Shown: one piece after another, positions 1 to 8,587 of the stretch
How positions within the stretch are numbered: the stretch's first letter is position 1
Layout of the letters: each line of letters starts with the position of its first letter
Assembly (NCBI GenBank): GCA_036011785.1
Contig: DASCOB010000158.1
Location: 1 to 53,592, forward strand
From: Anaerolineales bacterium
GTDB lineage: Bacteria > Chloroflexota > Anaerolineae > Anaerolineales > UBA11657
Direction of reading: 5' to 3'
Length of the DNA stretch: 53,592 nucleotides
Translations under genes and position numbers: made by a program
The notes under the pieces: generated by a model
Database searches by the model: none
Told to the model about the DNA's origin: nothing
The model's input: the letters and a program-made list of their open reading frames with translations, nothing else

Positions 1-313
1 AGCCGCGCGCGGCTGCGAAAGTGGCGTAAGAGATGCCCATGTTGCCGGATGTGGCATCCAGCAGCGTCATGCCCGGCGTGAGCTGGCCGGCGTTTTCGGC
101 CTCGCGGATGATGAAGAGCGCCGCGCGATCTTTGACTGATCCACCGGGATTGGTCCATTCGGTCTTGGCATAAACCTGCACCGATTTGGGAAGACCGCGA
201 GTGACATGCCGAAGGCGCACCAGCGGCGTATCTCCGACGGAGGCCTCCAGCGAGCGCGCGGCTGGAATGTGAACCGGATGGTATTCTGGTGATGGAAGAG
301 TCGCTATCTTCAC
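1..313 (-). CDS. Cysteine synthase (PLP-dependent CysK/CysM family), N-terminal part; the gene runs off the left edge of the window
   Basis: Absent from the ORF track because it is truncated. My translation of the minus strand from GTG (313-311) reads VKIATLPSPEYHPVHIPAARSLEASVGDTPLVRLRHV...EWTNPGGSVKDRAALFIIREAENAGQLTPGMTLLDATSGNMGISYATFAAARG. It carries the family motifs TPLVRL, SVKDR (PLP lysine) and TSGNMG. Confidence 0.8.
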   Translation of the reverse strand, partial: MKIATLPSPEYHPVHIPAARSLEASVGDTPLVRLRHVTRGLPKSVQVYAKTEWTNPGGSVKDRAALFIIREAENAGQLTPGMTLLDATSGNMGISYATFAAARG

Positions 314-364
314 GGCGCTGTCCTGATGCTCACTCTGTTGTAATAATAAAAGGCCATACGGTCT

Positions 365-411
365 AATGAAAAGCGGGCGGAAATAACCGCCTGACACGCT
401 GCCCGCTCTTT
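365..411 (-). terminator. Terminator-like hairpin inside the 5' leader of the cysteine synthase gene (candidate attenuator)
   Basis: The minus strand reads AAAGAGCGGGC-AGCGUGUCAGGCGGUUAUUUCC-GCCCGCUUUUCAUU. A GC-rich stem GCGGGC/GCCCGC (or the alternative inner stem GGCGG/CCGCC) is followed by a U-tract, about 50 nt upstream of the GTG start. Confidence 0.45.
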
Positions 412-557
412 GCCGTCTGGCCTCTGGAGGCAGCTCGCTGCCTGCCCGTGGCTCGGTCCGGGATATTTACGGCGAGCGGTGGGTCAGCGCCCCCGCTCGA
501 TACACATGCAAGCTAACTTTTTCACCCTGCGTTCACCTATGCACTTCCGTGAGTGTT

Positions 558-585
558 ATTATATGACTGTAGCGGTGAATGTCAA
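558..585 (-). promoter_or_regulatory. Sigma70-type promoter pointing toward the cysteine synthase gene
   Basis: The minus strand reads TTGACA-16 nt-TATAAT, with both hexamers matching consensus. This predicts a leader of about 235 nt before the start at 313. Confidence 0.5.
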
Positions 586-687
586 CTTGCGCGGTCTATA
601 ATCTGGTTAGGGTTATGCGGCATTGTTCTTGCGACCGCGCCCTGTGGCGATTTGCCCAAAAAAGGGCCAGGGATTAAGATTCCCTCC

Positions 688-1470
688 ATGGATATTGAAC
701 ACGGACGGGAAAACGGAGTAGGCTTCGCGCAGGGATTCCGCGAGGTGGTGCGCCATGTGGGGGTAGTGCTGCTGGTGGGCGTGGGCATTGCCATCGCGTT
801 CACGTTGTGGACGCCCGCTTCGGTGCTGCCGCGTAGCGCCGCACGCCAAATCGCGCGCGCGATGGCGACGCGCGTGGGGCGCAGCACCACCCCGCTGCCG
901 CCAACTGTCACCCCGATGCCGCGAGAGCTCATCGGCATTGTGGTCGGCCACAGTGATAACGATGCGGGCGCCGTGTGCCCGGATGGGTTGACCGAAGTTG
1001 AGGTTAACCAGAATGTGGCTGAACTGGTGCGGGCGCGGCTGGACGAGGCCGGTTTCGACGTCGACCTGCTGAGCGAGTTCGACGACCGCCTGGACGGGTA
1101 CAGCGCGCGTGCACTCGTTTCCATCCATGCTGATTCGTGCGATTACATCAACGACGAGGCAACTGGCTTCAAGGTATCCGGCTCGCTGGAAACTCAGGTT
1201 CCCGTAGAATCAGACCGGCTTTCCTCCTGCCTGATCGACCGCTACTCGCGCGCTACCGGCCTGAGATTCCACGCCGGCAGCATCACCTACGACATGCAGT
1301 ACTATCATGCTTATCGTGAGATAGCGCCCCAAACGCCCGCCGCCATCATCGAGGTCGGCTTCATGAATCTTGACCGCGATATACTTATCAGCCGTGTGGA
1401 TGTGGTCGCGGATGGCGTTGCCGATGGTATTCTCTGTTATGTGAACAATGAGCCCTTGGGCATGGAATGA
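688..1470 (+). CDS. N-acetylmuramoyl-L-alanine amidase (Amidase_3 family) with an N-terminal membrane anchor
   Basis: ORF 553..1470. The sequence IGIVVGHSDNDAGAVCPDGLTEVEVNQNVAELVRARLDEAGFDVDLL...ALVSIHADS is typical of AmiA/B/C-type amidases. A hydrophobic helix VVLLVGVGIAIAFTLW lies near the N-terminus. I chose the ATG at 688 as the start, but this is uncertain. Confidence 0.7.
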   Translation: MDIEHGRENGVGFAQGFREVVRHVGVVLLVGVGIAIAFTLWTPASVLPRSAARQIARAMATRVGRSTTPLPPTVTPMPRELIGIVVGHSDNDAGAVCPDGLTEVEVNQNVAELVRARLDEAGFDVDLLSEFDDRLDGYSARALVSIHADSCDYINDEATGFKVSGSLETQVPVESDRLSSCLIDRYSRATGLRFHAGSITYDMQYYHAYREIAPQTPAAIIEVGFMNLDRDILISRVDVVADGVADGILCYVNNEPLGME

Positions 1471-1666
1471 TCCGGCCGCAGGCGCAGCTTCTTTCCGCGC
1501 AGCGCGGATTATGTTACAATCAATGTAGGTCGCGGTCTCCAGTCGGAGAGTGAGTGGTGTTGCCGGCGGTGAGCCCCCCGCTCATCGAAAAGTGCTGGCG
1601 ACCCCCCGAAAAATGCAGGCAGTGAATACTATCGGATTGCTTGACTGAGAATCGGAGAAGCGTCCA

Positions 1667-3004
1667 TTGCTAATCACCAACGGAAAACTGGTGACCTGGG
1701 GCGGGAACGCGCGCATCGTCTCTGACGGCGCGCTTCTCATTGAGGGCGACCGCATCGCCGAAATAGGCCGTTCGAAAGAACTGCTGCGCAAACATAGCGA
1801 CGCTGAAGTGCTCGACGCCGCGGGCATGCTGGTGATGCCGGGCAATATCTGCGCGCACACCCATTTCTACGGCACGTTCGCGCGCGGCATGGCCATTCCG
1901 GGCGAACCCCCGCGTGATTTCCCCGAGATTCTACGGCGACTGTGGTGGCAATTGGACCGCGTGCTTGCCGCCGAAGATGTGCGCTATTCCGCTCTGGTCT
2001 GCCTGCTGGATGCAATCAAGCATGGCACCACGACACTGATTGACCATCACGCCAGCCCTAACGCCCTTGAAGGCTCTCTGGATGTGCTCGCTTCCGCCGT
2101 GCAGCAGGCCGGGCTGCGGGCGGTGCTGTGCTACGAAGTCTCTGACCGGGGCGGCGCGGAAAATGCGCGTGCAGGTATCGCCGAGAACGTGCGCTTCATC
2201 GAGAGTGCGCGCGCCGGCGAGTGGGGCGAGCGCATCGGCGCCACGTTCGGTCTGCACGCCTCGCTGTCGCTTTCTGACGCCACGCTCGCGGCCTGCCGCG
2301 ACGCTGCACCCGAGGGGGCGGGATTCCACATCCACGTGGCGGAGCACGAGGCCGACCAGCAGGATAGTGTGCAGAAATCGGGCGTGCGTGTTGTAGAGCG
2401 TCTGCTGCGCTGCGGCATCCTCGGAGCGATGACGATTGCCGCCCACTGCGTGCACATCGACGTGGCCGAAGTCAAGCTGCTGGCGCAGACTGGCACGTGG
2501 GTGACTCACCAGCCGCGCTCCAACATGAACAACGCCGTGGGCGCCGCCGATGTTGAGGAACTGCTGCGCAAAGGCGTGCGCGTTGCCCTTGGCAATGACG
2601 GCTTTTCGAACAACATGTGGGCGGAGTGGAAGACGGCGTACCTGCTACACAAGGTCTGGCAGCGCGACCCGCGCCGTGCGGATGGCGCAACCATCATGGA
2701 GATGGCCGTGCGCCACAGTGCCGCGCTGGCCAATCAGTTCTTTCCGGCTGCCCCACTCGGGGTGCTGGCCGCCGGGGCGCAGGCCGATATTGTCTTTGTG
2801 GATTATCACCCCATCACGCCGCTTACGGCTGCCAACCTGCCTTGGCACATTCTCTTCGGATTCGAGACCAGCATGGTTAATACCACTATTTGTGCCGGAG
2901 AAGTGCTCATGCGCAATCGGGAATTGCTTACTCTGGATGAAGCGGAAATCACGGCGCGCAGTCGCGAACTAGCCGCTGCGGCTTGGAAACGTTTTTCAGA
3001 CTAA
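1667..3004 (+). CDS. Metal-dependent amidohydrolase, SsnA / chlorohydrolase-aminohydrolase-like
   Basis: 445 aa. It has GMLVMPGNICAHTHFYGTFARGM (HxH metal motif), later HVAEH, and a C-terminal NDGFSN... pattern typical of the amidohydrolase superfamily. A TTG start is preceded by GGAGAA. Confidence 0.65.
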   Translation: MLITNGKLVTWGGNARIVSDGALLIEGDRIAEIGRSKELLRKHSDAEVLDAAGMLVMPGNICAHTHFYGTFARGMAIPGEPPRDFPEILRRLWWQLDRVLAAEDVRYSALVCLLDAIKHGTTTLIDHHASPNALEGSLDVLASAVQQAGLRAVLCYEVSDRGGAENARAGIAENVRFIESARAGEWGERIGATFGLHASLSLSDATLAACRDAAPEGAGFHIHVAEHEADQQDSVQKSGVRVVERLLRCGILGAMTIAAHCVHIDVAEVKLLAQTGTWVTHQPRSNMNNAVGAADVEELLRKGVRVALGNDGFSNNMWAEWKTAYLLHKVWQRDPRRADGATIMEMAVRHSAALANQFFPAAPLGVLAAGAQADIVFVDYHPITPLTAANLPWHILFGFETSMVNTTICAGEVLMRNRELLTLDEAEITARSRELAAAAWKRFSD

Positions 3005-3007
3005 AAG

Positions 3008-3697
3008 ATGGCCGCCGTGAAAAAATCCCCCACCATTGCAATCATCGGTGGCACCGGTGCCGAGGGGTTGGGCCTGGGGTTCCGTTGGGCGCAGGCCGGG
3101 TATGCGGTCACGATTGGCTCGCGTACATTGGAGAAAGCACTTTCCAGAGTTGCCGAGTTAAACGTACGGCTTTCTGAGGGTAAGCCGGCGCTGCAGGGAA
3201 TGGAGAACCTAGCTGCGGTTCAGGCCTGCCAGCTTGCTGTTCTGACTGTCCCTTACCGCGTGCACGAAGCCACGCTCTCAGAGTTAAGAGATGCGCTGCA
3301 GGGAAAGATTCTGGTGGATGTGACCGTGCCGCTTGTGCCGCCGAGGGTTGACCGCGTGCAGCTGCCGGCGGGGCGCGCTGCCAGCCTAGAGGCGCAAACG
3401 CTGCTGGGAGCGGGCGTGAGGGTGGTCTCCGCCTTCCAGAACATCTCCGCCGAGCACCTGCGCGCGGCGGAGCGACAGATTGACTGCGATGTACTGGTAT
3501 GCGGCGATGACGTGGAAGCACGGGCCGAAATAATCCGATTGGTGCAGGTGGCCGGAATGTCGGGGTTGCATGCCGGGCCACTGGCGAATGCGGTGGCGAT
3601 TGAATCGCTCACGCCGGTGCTCATAAGCCTGAACAAGCATTACGGGGTGAAGGATGCGGGCATCCGCGTCACCGGTATTCCCCGAGCGGATGATTAA
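3008..3697 (+). CDS. npdG: NADPH-dependent F420 reductase (Fno/NpdG family)
   Basis: 229 aa. The N-terminal Rossmann motif IAIIGGTGAEGLGLGFRWAQAGYAVTIGSR and the overall length match NpdG. It sits in an F420 gene cluster. Confidence 0.7.
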   Translation: MAAVKKSPTIAIIGGTGAEGLGLGFRWAQAGYAVTIGSRTLEKALSRVAELNVRLSEGKPALQGMENLAAVQACQLAVLTVPYRVHEATLSELRDALQGKILVDVTVPLVPPRVDRVQLPAGRAASLEAQTLLGAGVRVVSAFQNISAEHLRAAERQIDCDVLVCGDDVEARAEIIRLVQVAGMSGLHAGPLANAVAIESLTPVLISLNKHYGVKDAGIRVTGIPRADD

Positions 3698-3750
3698 GAC
3701 CGTGTCTGGAGCTGGACCGACAGCGCCCAGCGTTTGACTGTATTCGGAGC

Positions 3751-4524
3751 ATGAGTGCACGCGCCCAAATTACGCTGACTGCGCTGGCGGACATCCCACT
3801 GGTGCAGCCGGGCGATAACCTCGTGGATATCATTCTGGATGCCCTGCGGCAGAGCGACATCCTGCTGCGGCCGGGCGATGTGCTGGTAATTGCCCAGAAA
3901 ATCGTCTCCAAAGCGGAAGACAGTTACGTGGATCTGGGCGAGATTAACCCCTCGCGCCGCGCGCGCGCCTTGGCGGCCAAGGTGGAGAAGGACCCGCGCC
4001 TTGTCGAAGTGATTCTCTCCGAATCGAGCGAGGTGGTGCGACACCGGCCGGGGGTACTGGTGGTGGCGCATCGGCTGGGATTTGTGCTTGCAAATGCGGG
4101 CGTGGACAGCTCCAACGCGGAGCAAGGTTCGGGCAGCGAGCGGGTGCTGCTACTCCCGCGTGACCCGGATGGCGTCTGCGCTGAGATTCGGGTGCAGTTG
4201 AAAAAGCGTGCTGGCGCTGACGTGGGTATCATCATTAATGACAGCCATGGCCGTGCCTGGCGCAACGGCACGGTGGGAGTGGCGCTGGGGGTCGCCGGGG
4301 TGCCAGCGCTGCTGGATTTGCGCGGCGCGCCCGACCTTTACGGCGAACGGCTAGAGGTCACTCAGGTCGGTCTTGCCGATGAGATTTCCGGGGCGGCATC
4401 GCTGCTGATGGGGCAGGGCGCTGATGGGCAGCCGGTTGTGCATATTCGGGGGCTGCCTTATCCTCTGCGCGCCGGCGCTGCTGCTGAATTGCTGCGCGCG
4501 AAGAGCGAGGATCTTTTTCGATGA
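3751..4524 (+). CDS. cofE: Coenzyme F420-0:L-glutamate ligase (CofE; FbiB N-domain equivalent)
   Basis: 257 aa. Contains PGDVLVIAQKIVSKAE..., ANAGVDSSN and IINDSHGRAWRNG, which are characteristic CofE motifs. Confidence 0.8.
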   Translation: MSARAQITLTALADIPLVQPGDNLVDIILDALRQSDILLRPGDVLVIAQKIVSKAEDSYVDLGEINPSRRARALAAKVEKDPRLVEVILSESSEVVRHRPGVLVVAHRLGFVLANAGVDSSNAEQGSGSERVLLLPRDPDGVCAEIRVQLKKRAGADVGIIINDSHGRAWRNGTVGVALGVAGVPALLDLRGAPDLYGERLEVTQVGLADEISGAASLLMGQGADGQPVVHIRGLPYPLRAGAAAELLRAKSEDLFR

Positions 4525-4536
4525 TCGGGAGGAAAT

Positions 4537-4935
4537 ATGACTACTGCGATACCTGAAAAATACATGGATCTGCTTTCGTGGGAGAAGAAGGCTTTCGCCC
4601 ACCTTGCCCTTGTCCTGAACGATGGCTCTCCACATGTCACGCCGGTCTGGTTCGACTATGACGGGGAACACGTGATTCTGAACAGCGCCGTCGGCAGGGT
4701 GAAGGACAAGGTTTTGCGACGCAGCGGGGTGGCAGCGCTGGCGATTTCTGACCCGGACAACCCGTACCGATACATGCAGATGCGCGGGCGGGTTGATGGA
4801 TTCAGTGAGAATGGCGCGCGCGAGATGATTGATCACCTTTCTCAGAAATACACTGGGAAACCGTACCAGTGGTATGAAGGTGAAACGCGCGTGACTTACA
4901 AAGTGCTGCCGAAACTCGTCTCAACGATGGGATGA
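4537..4935 (+). CDS. PPOX-class (pyridoxamine 5'-phosphate oxidase-like) probable F420-dependent enzyme
   Basis: 132 aa. The pattern LALVLNDGSPHVTPVWFDYDGEHVILNS...YMQMRGRV is that of the small split-barrel PPOX/FDOR family. It is embedded in the F420 cluster. Confidence 0.65.
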   Translation: MTTAIPEKYMDLLSWEKKAFAHLALVLNDGSPHVTPVWFDYDGEHVILNSAVGRVKDKVLRRSGVAALAISDPDNPYRYMQMRGRVDGFSENGAREMIDHLSQKYTGKPYQWYEGETRVTYKVLPKLVSTMG

Positions 4936-4936
4936 T

Positions 4937-5545
4937 GTGGACGTAACCGATTTGTTGCCGGTCATTCAACAGCGGCGTTCTGTTCGGCGCTACGCGACTG
5001 AGCCGGTCCAAAACGAGCTATTGGAAACCTTGCTGCAGGCCGCTGTGTGGGCGCCATCCGCGCACAATCGACAGCCTTGGCGCTTCGCGGTGTTGCAGTC
5101 AGACGCTCAAAAAGAGTGCCTTGCCGACGCGATGGGGGATAGATTCCGCGCCGATCGACTTGCGGCGGGCGACCCTCCAGAAGCCGTGGCACAAGACATG
5201 GAGCGCTCCAGGCAGGTCCTGACGCAGGCACCGGCGCTGCTGCTTTGCTGCATGTCTATGGCGGATATGGACAGGTATCCGGATGCGCGCCGCGCGCAGG
5301 CTGAACGGACGATGGCTATTCAGAGCGTCGCTCTTGCGGCGCAGAACCTCCTGCTCGTGGCGCACGCGGCCGGGCTTGGGGCGTGCTGGCGATGCGCACC
5401 TCTGTTCTGCCCGGACACGGTGCGCGAGACACTGCAGCTTCCGGCCGATTGGGAACCACAGGCAATTATCAGCATAGGTTATGCCGCTGAAGCGGGCAGG
5501 CCGCCCGAGCGCCGCCCACTGACCGAGGTGGTGCAATGGATTTAG
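4937..5545 (+). CDS. Nitroreductase-fold protein resembling the C-terminal (dehydro-F420-0 reductase) domain of FbiB
   Basis: 202 aa with a GTG start. Contains RRSVRRY...APSAHNRQPWRF, YPDARRAQAERTMAIQSVALAAQNLLLVAHAAGLGACW and LPADWEPQAIISIGYA. These closely parallel the FbiB C-domain sequence as I remember it. Confidence 0.7.
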   Translation: MDVTDLLPVIQQRRSVRRYATEPVQNELLETLLQAAVWAPSAHNRQPWRFAVLQSDAQKECLADAMGDRFRADRLAAGDPPEAVAQDMERSRQVLTQAPALLLCCMSMADMDRYPDARRAQAERTMAIQSVALAAQNLLLVAHAAGLGACWRCAPLFCPDTVRETLQLPADWEPQAIISIGYAAEAGRPPERRPLTEVVQWI

Positions 5546-6504
5546 GTTCGGTGGTCGCGCTGGCGGGCGGGGTCGGCGGCGCCAAGATGGCGCAAGGTCT
5601 CGCTGCAGCGCTTGGCCCCGGACGGCTGACCGTGGTTGTTAATACCGCCGATGACTTCGAACACCTAAGCTTGCACATTTCACCAGACCTCGACACTGTC
5701 ATGTACACCCTGGCCGGCTTGCAGAATGCGGAAACCGGATGGGGGTTGGCCGACGAGAGTTGGCATTTTCTGGAGGCGTTGGAGCGATTGGGTGGAGAAA
5801 CTTGGTTTCGGTTGGGAGACCGCGATTTGGGCACGCATGTGGAGCGCACCCGCCGTCAGCGGGCGGGAGAAAAATTGAGCAGCATCACTGAGGGTTTCTG
5901 CACGCGTCTGGGTGTGGCGGCGCGGGTGCTGCCGATGAGCGATGACCCGGTGCGCACCGTAGTGCACACGGATGCCGGCCCCATTCCATTTCAGGAGTAT
6001 TTCGCGCTCCGAAAATGTCGGCCTGCGGTACGTGGGTTTGAATTCGAGGGCGCCGACGCGGCGGAGTTCCATCCGTCGGCGGCGGCCGCGCTGCAGGCGG
6101 GTGACTTGAGTGCAGTGCTGATCTGCCCCTCCAACCCGTACGTTAGTATTGCGCCCATTCTGGCACTGACCGGTGCGCGAGAATATCTGCGCACTACCGC
6201 GGCGCCGGTGATCGCAATCTCGCCAATTGTTGGCGGCGCGGCGCTGAAAGGACCGGCGGCAAAGATGATGCGCGAACTCGGCGAGAATGTATCCGCGGAA
6301 ACTGTGGCTGTGCAGTATGCCGACTTGCTGGATGGATTCGTGCTTGACCGGTGCGATGCCGCCGAGGCTGAGGCCATCCGGGCGCGTGGGATGCGCGTGC
6401 TGCTGGCCGACACCGTGATGCGCACGAGTGCCGACGAGGCGCGCCTGGCCGCTGAAATCTTGGCCTTCGCCGGGGAATTTGCCCGCGCGCGGGTGCGTGT
6501 TTGA
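5536..6504 (+). CDS. cofD: 2-phospho-L-lactate (or EPPG) transferase CofD/FbiA
   Basis: 322 aa. Contains VVALAGGVGGAKMAQGL, DLDTVMYTLAG, WFRLGDRDLGTH and ICPSNPYVSIAPIL, the canonical CofD motifs. Confidence 0.85.
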   Translation: MDLGSVVALAGGVGGAKMAQGLAAALGPGRLTVVVNTADDFEHLSLHISPDLDTVMYTLAGLQNAETGWGLADESWHFLEALERLGGETWFRLGDRDLGTHVERTRRQRAGEKLSSITEGFCTRLGVAARVLPMSDDPVRTVVHTDAGPIPFQEYFALRKCRPAVRGFEFEGADAAEFHPSAAAALQAGDLSAVLICPSNPYVSIAPILALTGAREYLRTTAAPVIAISPIVGGAALKGPAAKMMRELGENVSAETVAVQYADLLDGFVLDRCDAAEAEAIRARGMRVLLADTVMRTSADEARLAAEILAFAGEFARARVRV

Positions 6505-7124
6505 TGGCCACATGGGCGGTTGTTCCCGTGAAACATCTCAAGGCGGGAAAGAGCCGGCTGGCCACTGTGCTCTCGCCGCAAGCGCGTGAGGGGTTCAGTA
6601 GAGATATGCTCAGGCGCACCGTGGGCCTGCTGGCACGCTCCAGCGTCATCGAGCGCACACTGGTGATTAGCCGCGATGCAAGCGCATTGCGGCTGGCACG
6701 CGAACAGGGTGCATTTACTGTCAGCGAACCCAGCGCCTCCGAACTGAACGGCGCGCTGCAGAAAGCGACTCAGGTGGCGGCTTCGCTCGGGGCAACGGGC
6801 GTGCTGGTGTTGCCCAGTGACCTCCCGCTGTTGGGTGAAAACGACGTGGAGGCGCTGGCCGGAGTAAACGGCGCAGAGCGCATCGTTGTGCTTGCCCCGG
6901 ATCGCCACGGCACCGGCACGAACGCGCTATTCGTGCGGCCACCGGGTTTGTTGCGCTATCGGTTCGGGGCGGGCAGCCTGGCCGCCCACCGGCAGCAGGC
7001 GCTCAGTCAGGGCGCAGCGGTACGCGTCCACCGACTGCCCGGTGTGGAGTTTGATGTGGATGAGCCTGCGGACCTGCACAGATTGCAGTCGATGAAAGCG
7101 GAATTAGGAGACGCGGAGGGATAA
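6504..7124 (+). CDS. cofC: 2-phospho-L-lactate / PEP guanylyltransferase CofC/FbiD
   Basis: About 206 aa. [16 protein letters not shown] and VLPSDLPLL..., plus the size, are typical of CofC. The ATG at 6504 overlaps the cofD stop (TGATG). Confidence 0.8.
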   Translation: MATWAVVPVKHLKAGKSRLATVLSPQAREGFSRDMLRRTVGLLARSSVIERTLVISRDASALRLAREQGAFTVSEPSASELNGALQKATQVAASLGATGVLVLPSDLPLLGENDVEALAGVNGAERIVVLAPDRHGTGTNALFVRPPGLLRYRFGAGSLAAHRQQALSQGAAVRVHRLPGVEFDVDEPADLHRLQSMKAELGDAEG

Positions 7125-7128
7125 AGCC

Positions 7129-8121
7129 ATGGAGCGAGTAGCGCTGTACCTGCAGGACGCCCATCCTTTGCAGGATGGCATCAATTACGCTCAGTATGCG
7201 GAGAAGAAAGGCTTCGAAGCCGTGTGGCAAGCGGAAAGCCGCCTGGTGCGCGATGCGATTGTGCCGATGGCCGCGTTTTCGGCCACCACCTCGCGCTTGA
7301 AAGTGGGTTCCGGGGTAATTAACAACTGGACGCGCAACATCGGCCTGTTGGCTTCTACATTCCTGACTCTGGATGACCTTGCGCCAGACCGGATCATTTG
7401 TGGGATTGGCGCCTGGTGGGATCCGCTGGCGGCAAACGTGGGCATCCGACGCCGAAAACCGCTTCAGGCTATGCGTGAGACCGTGCAGTTGCTGCGTCGG
7501 CTGCTCGCTCTGGAAAACGTGACTTTTTCCGGAGAGTTCCATCAGGTGCGTGGCATTGAATTGGATGTGGTGCACGGACGGCGCGAGCCGCGTAATGTAC
7601 CCATTTACATCGGCGCGACTGGGCCCAAGATGATGGAGTTGACCGGCGAAATCGCAGATGGCGCGGTATTGAACTATTGTGTGCCGCCTGAATATAATGA
7701 TCGGGCGCTAGAGCGGTTGGCGGCTGGCGCAAAGCGCGTCGGTCGTTCTCTGGATGAGATTGATCGCCCGCAATTAATCGTTTGTTCCGTCCACGGAGAC
7801 CGCGCCGAGGCGATTCGGGGCGCGAAATGGTTGTTGACGCAATACCTGGCGCAGCAACCGCATATTGCCGAGGCCTCTGGGGTGAGCGCTGAAATTGTCC
7901 AGAAAGTACAGACGATCATCGGATGGCCGGCCACCAAAGAGCAGGTGGAAGAGGCGATGCAATTTGTGCCCGATGATTTTGTGCTGCGCATTAGCGCCAC
8001 CGGCACTCCGGAAGAAGCGCGCGCCCGCGTGCAGCAATACATTGAACGTGGGTGCACCTGCCCGATACTCTACCCGCTGGGCGACCCCTATCTGATGATG
8101 GACACCTTCGCGGTCAAATAG
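7129..8121 (+). CDS. LLM-class (luciferase-like) F420-dependent oxidoreductase
   Basis: 330 aa. Contains [28 protein letters not shown] and [24 protein letters not shown], matching the luciferase-like monooxygenase / Mer-like pattern. RBS GGAGGG. Confidence 0.75.
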   Translation: MERVALYLQDAHPLQDGINYAQYAEKKGFEAVWQAESRLVRDAIVPMAAFSATTSRLKVGSGVINNWTRNIGLLASTFLTLDDLAPDRIICGIGAWWDPLAANVGIRRRKPLQAMRETVQLLRRLLALENVTFSGEFHQVRGIELDVVHGRREPRNVPIYIGATGPKMMELTGEIADGAVLNYCVPPEYNDRALERLAAGAKRVGRSLDEIDRPQLIVCSVHGDRAEAIRGAKWLLTQYLAQQPHIAEASGVSAEIVQKVQTIIGWPATKEQVEEAMQFVPDDFVLRISATGTPEEARARVQQYIERGCTCPILYPLGDPYLMMDTFAVK

Positions 8122-8242
8122 CGCGCTGGCGCCCCGGAGTTTATTCCAATACCCCCCCCAACCCGCTGCCGACCTTAAGGCTGCAGCGCAGCATCAAGGT
8201 CGGCGCGCTGGCGAGCTACCGAGAGCTGCACGTGGATGCGCG
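7988..8242 (+). repeat. Direct repeat copy A (3' end of the LLM gene, the spacer, and the 3' end of convergent kbl)
   Basis: Aligns by eye with 10643-10899. In the 43 shared LLM codons there are 9 nt differences, 5 synonymous and 4 replacements. The spacer and kbl part has a few small indels. Confidence 0.85.
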
Positions 8243-8330
8243 CCTGTCCCTTGGGCACCACCGGGTAGGAGAATCTGACCATATCCATGCCAAGTTCCAG
8301 TAGGTGGTCAGACATTCGCTGCCCACAGGG
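8175..8330 (-). pseudogene. kbl: Remnant of the 3' part of kbl (2-amino-3-ketobutyrate CoA ligase / glycine C-acetyltransferase), tail frameshifted
   Basis: The C-terminal half of ORF 8175..8438 reads ...RMSDHLLELGMDMVRFSYPVVPKGQARIHVQLSVARQRADLDAALQP. The PVVPKGQARIR.Q.SAAH block is the conserved Kbl/BioF-family C-terminus. There is no N-terminal 300+ aa, and the tail is cut short relative to copy B. Confidence 0.6.
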
Positions 8331-8531
8331 TTTATCTTCTAGCGGATAATTTCGATAATTGTTGAATTGAGCGGCAAACTCACAAATTGTTTCACGAAAC
8401 TTCGCTACTTCCTTGAAAGGTCGGCACATTTCACACATGAATTACTATCAATATGATCTATGAATGTGATTGTAGATTCGACACAAGCGTGAAAATGTTA
8501 TATTAAATCGCATTATTAAAAGCAGCAATCA

Positions 8532-8559
8532 TTGTCACTTTTGTCACGTGCGATATAAT
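8532..8559 (+). promoter_or_regulatory. Sigma70-like promoter for the radical SAM gene
   Basis: TTGTCA (8532-8537), 16 nt spacer, TATAAT (8554-8559). This places the transcription start downstream of the first ATG (8558) and favours the GTG at 8588, which follows GGAGAA. Confidence 0.4.
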
Positions 8560-8587
8560 GCAGATAAGGCCATCGGAGAAATTGGTT

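Noticed and set aside
314-585. Assigning the cysteine synthase leader to a known class (SAM-I/S-box, SAM-IV or canonical T-box)
   Set aside because: I looked for the conserved S-box core and for the T-box AGGGUGGNACCGCG element and did not find them. I therefore report only a generic attenuator candidate.
5991-6908. 305-aa minus-strand ORF (and the 277-aa ORF 5680..6513) opposite cofD/cofC
   Set aside because: Both are antisense to well-supported CofD/CofC genes and have low-complexity Ala/Arg/Ser composition.
8175-8438. 87-aa ORF treated as an intact small gene
   Set aside because: Its C-terminal half is a Kbl C-terminus fragment with a frameshifted tail. The N-terminal half lies in the AT-rich islet edge with no RBS. 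I therefore annotated it as a pseudogene remnant. A weak AKFRE resemblance to Kbl further upstream is too slight to claim.
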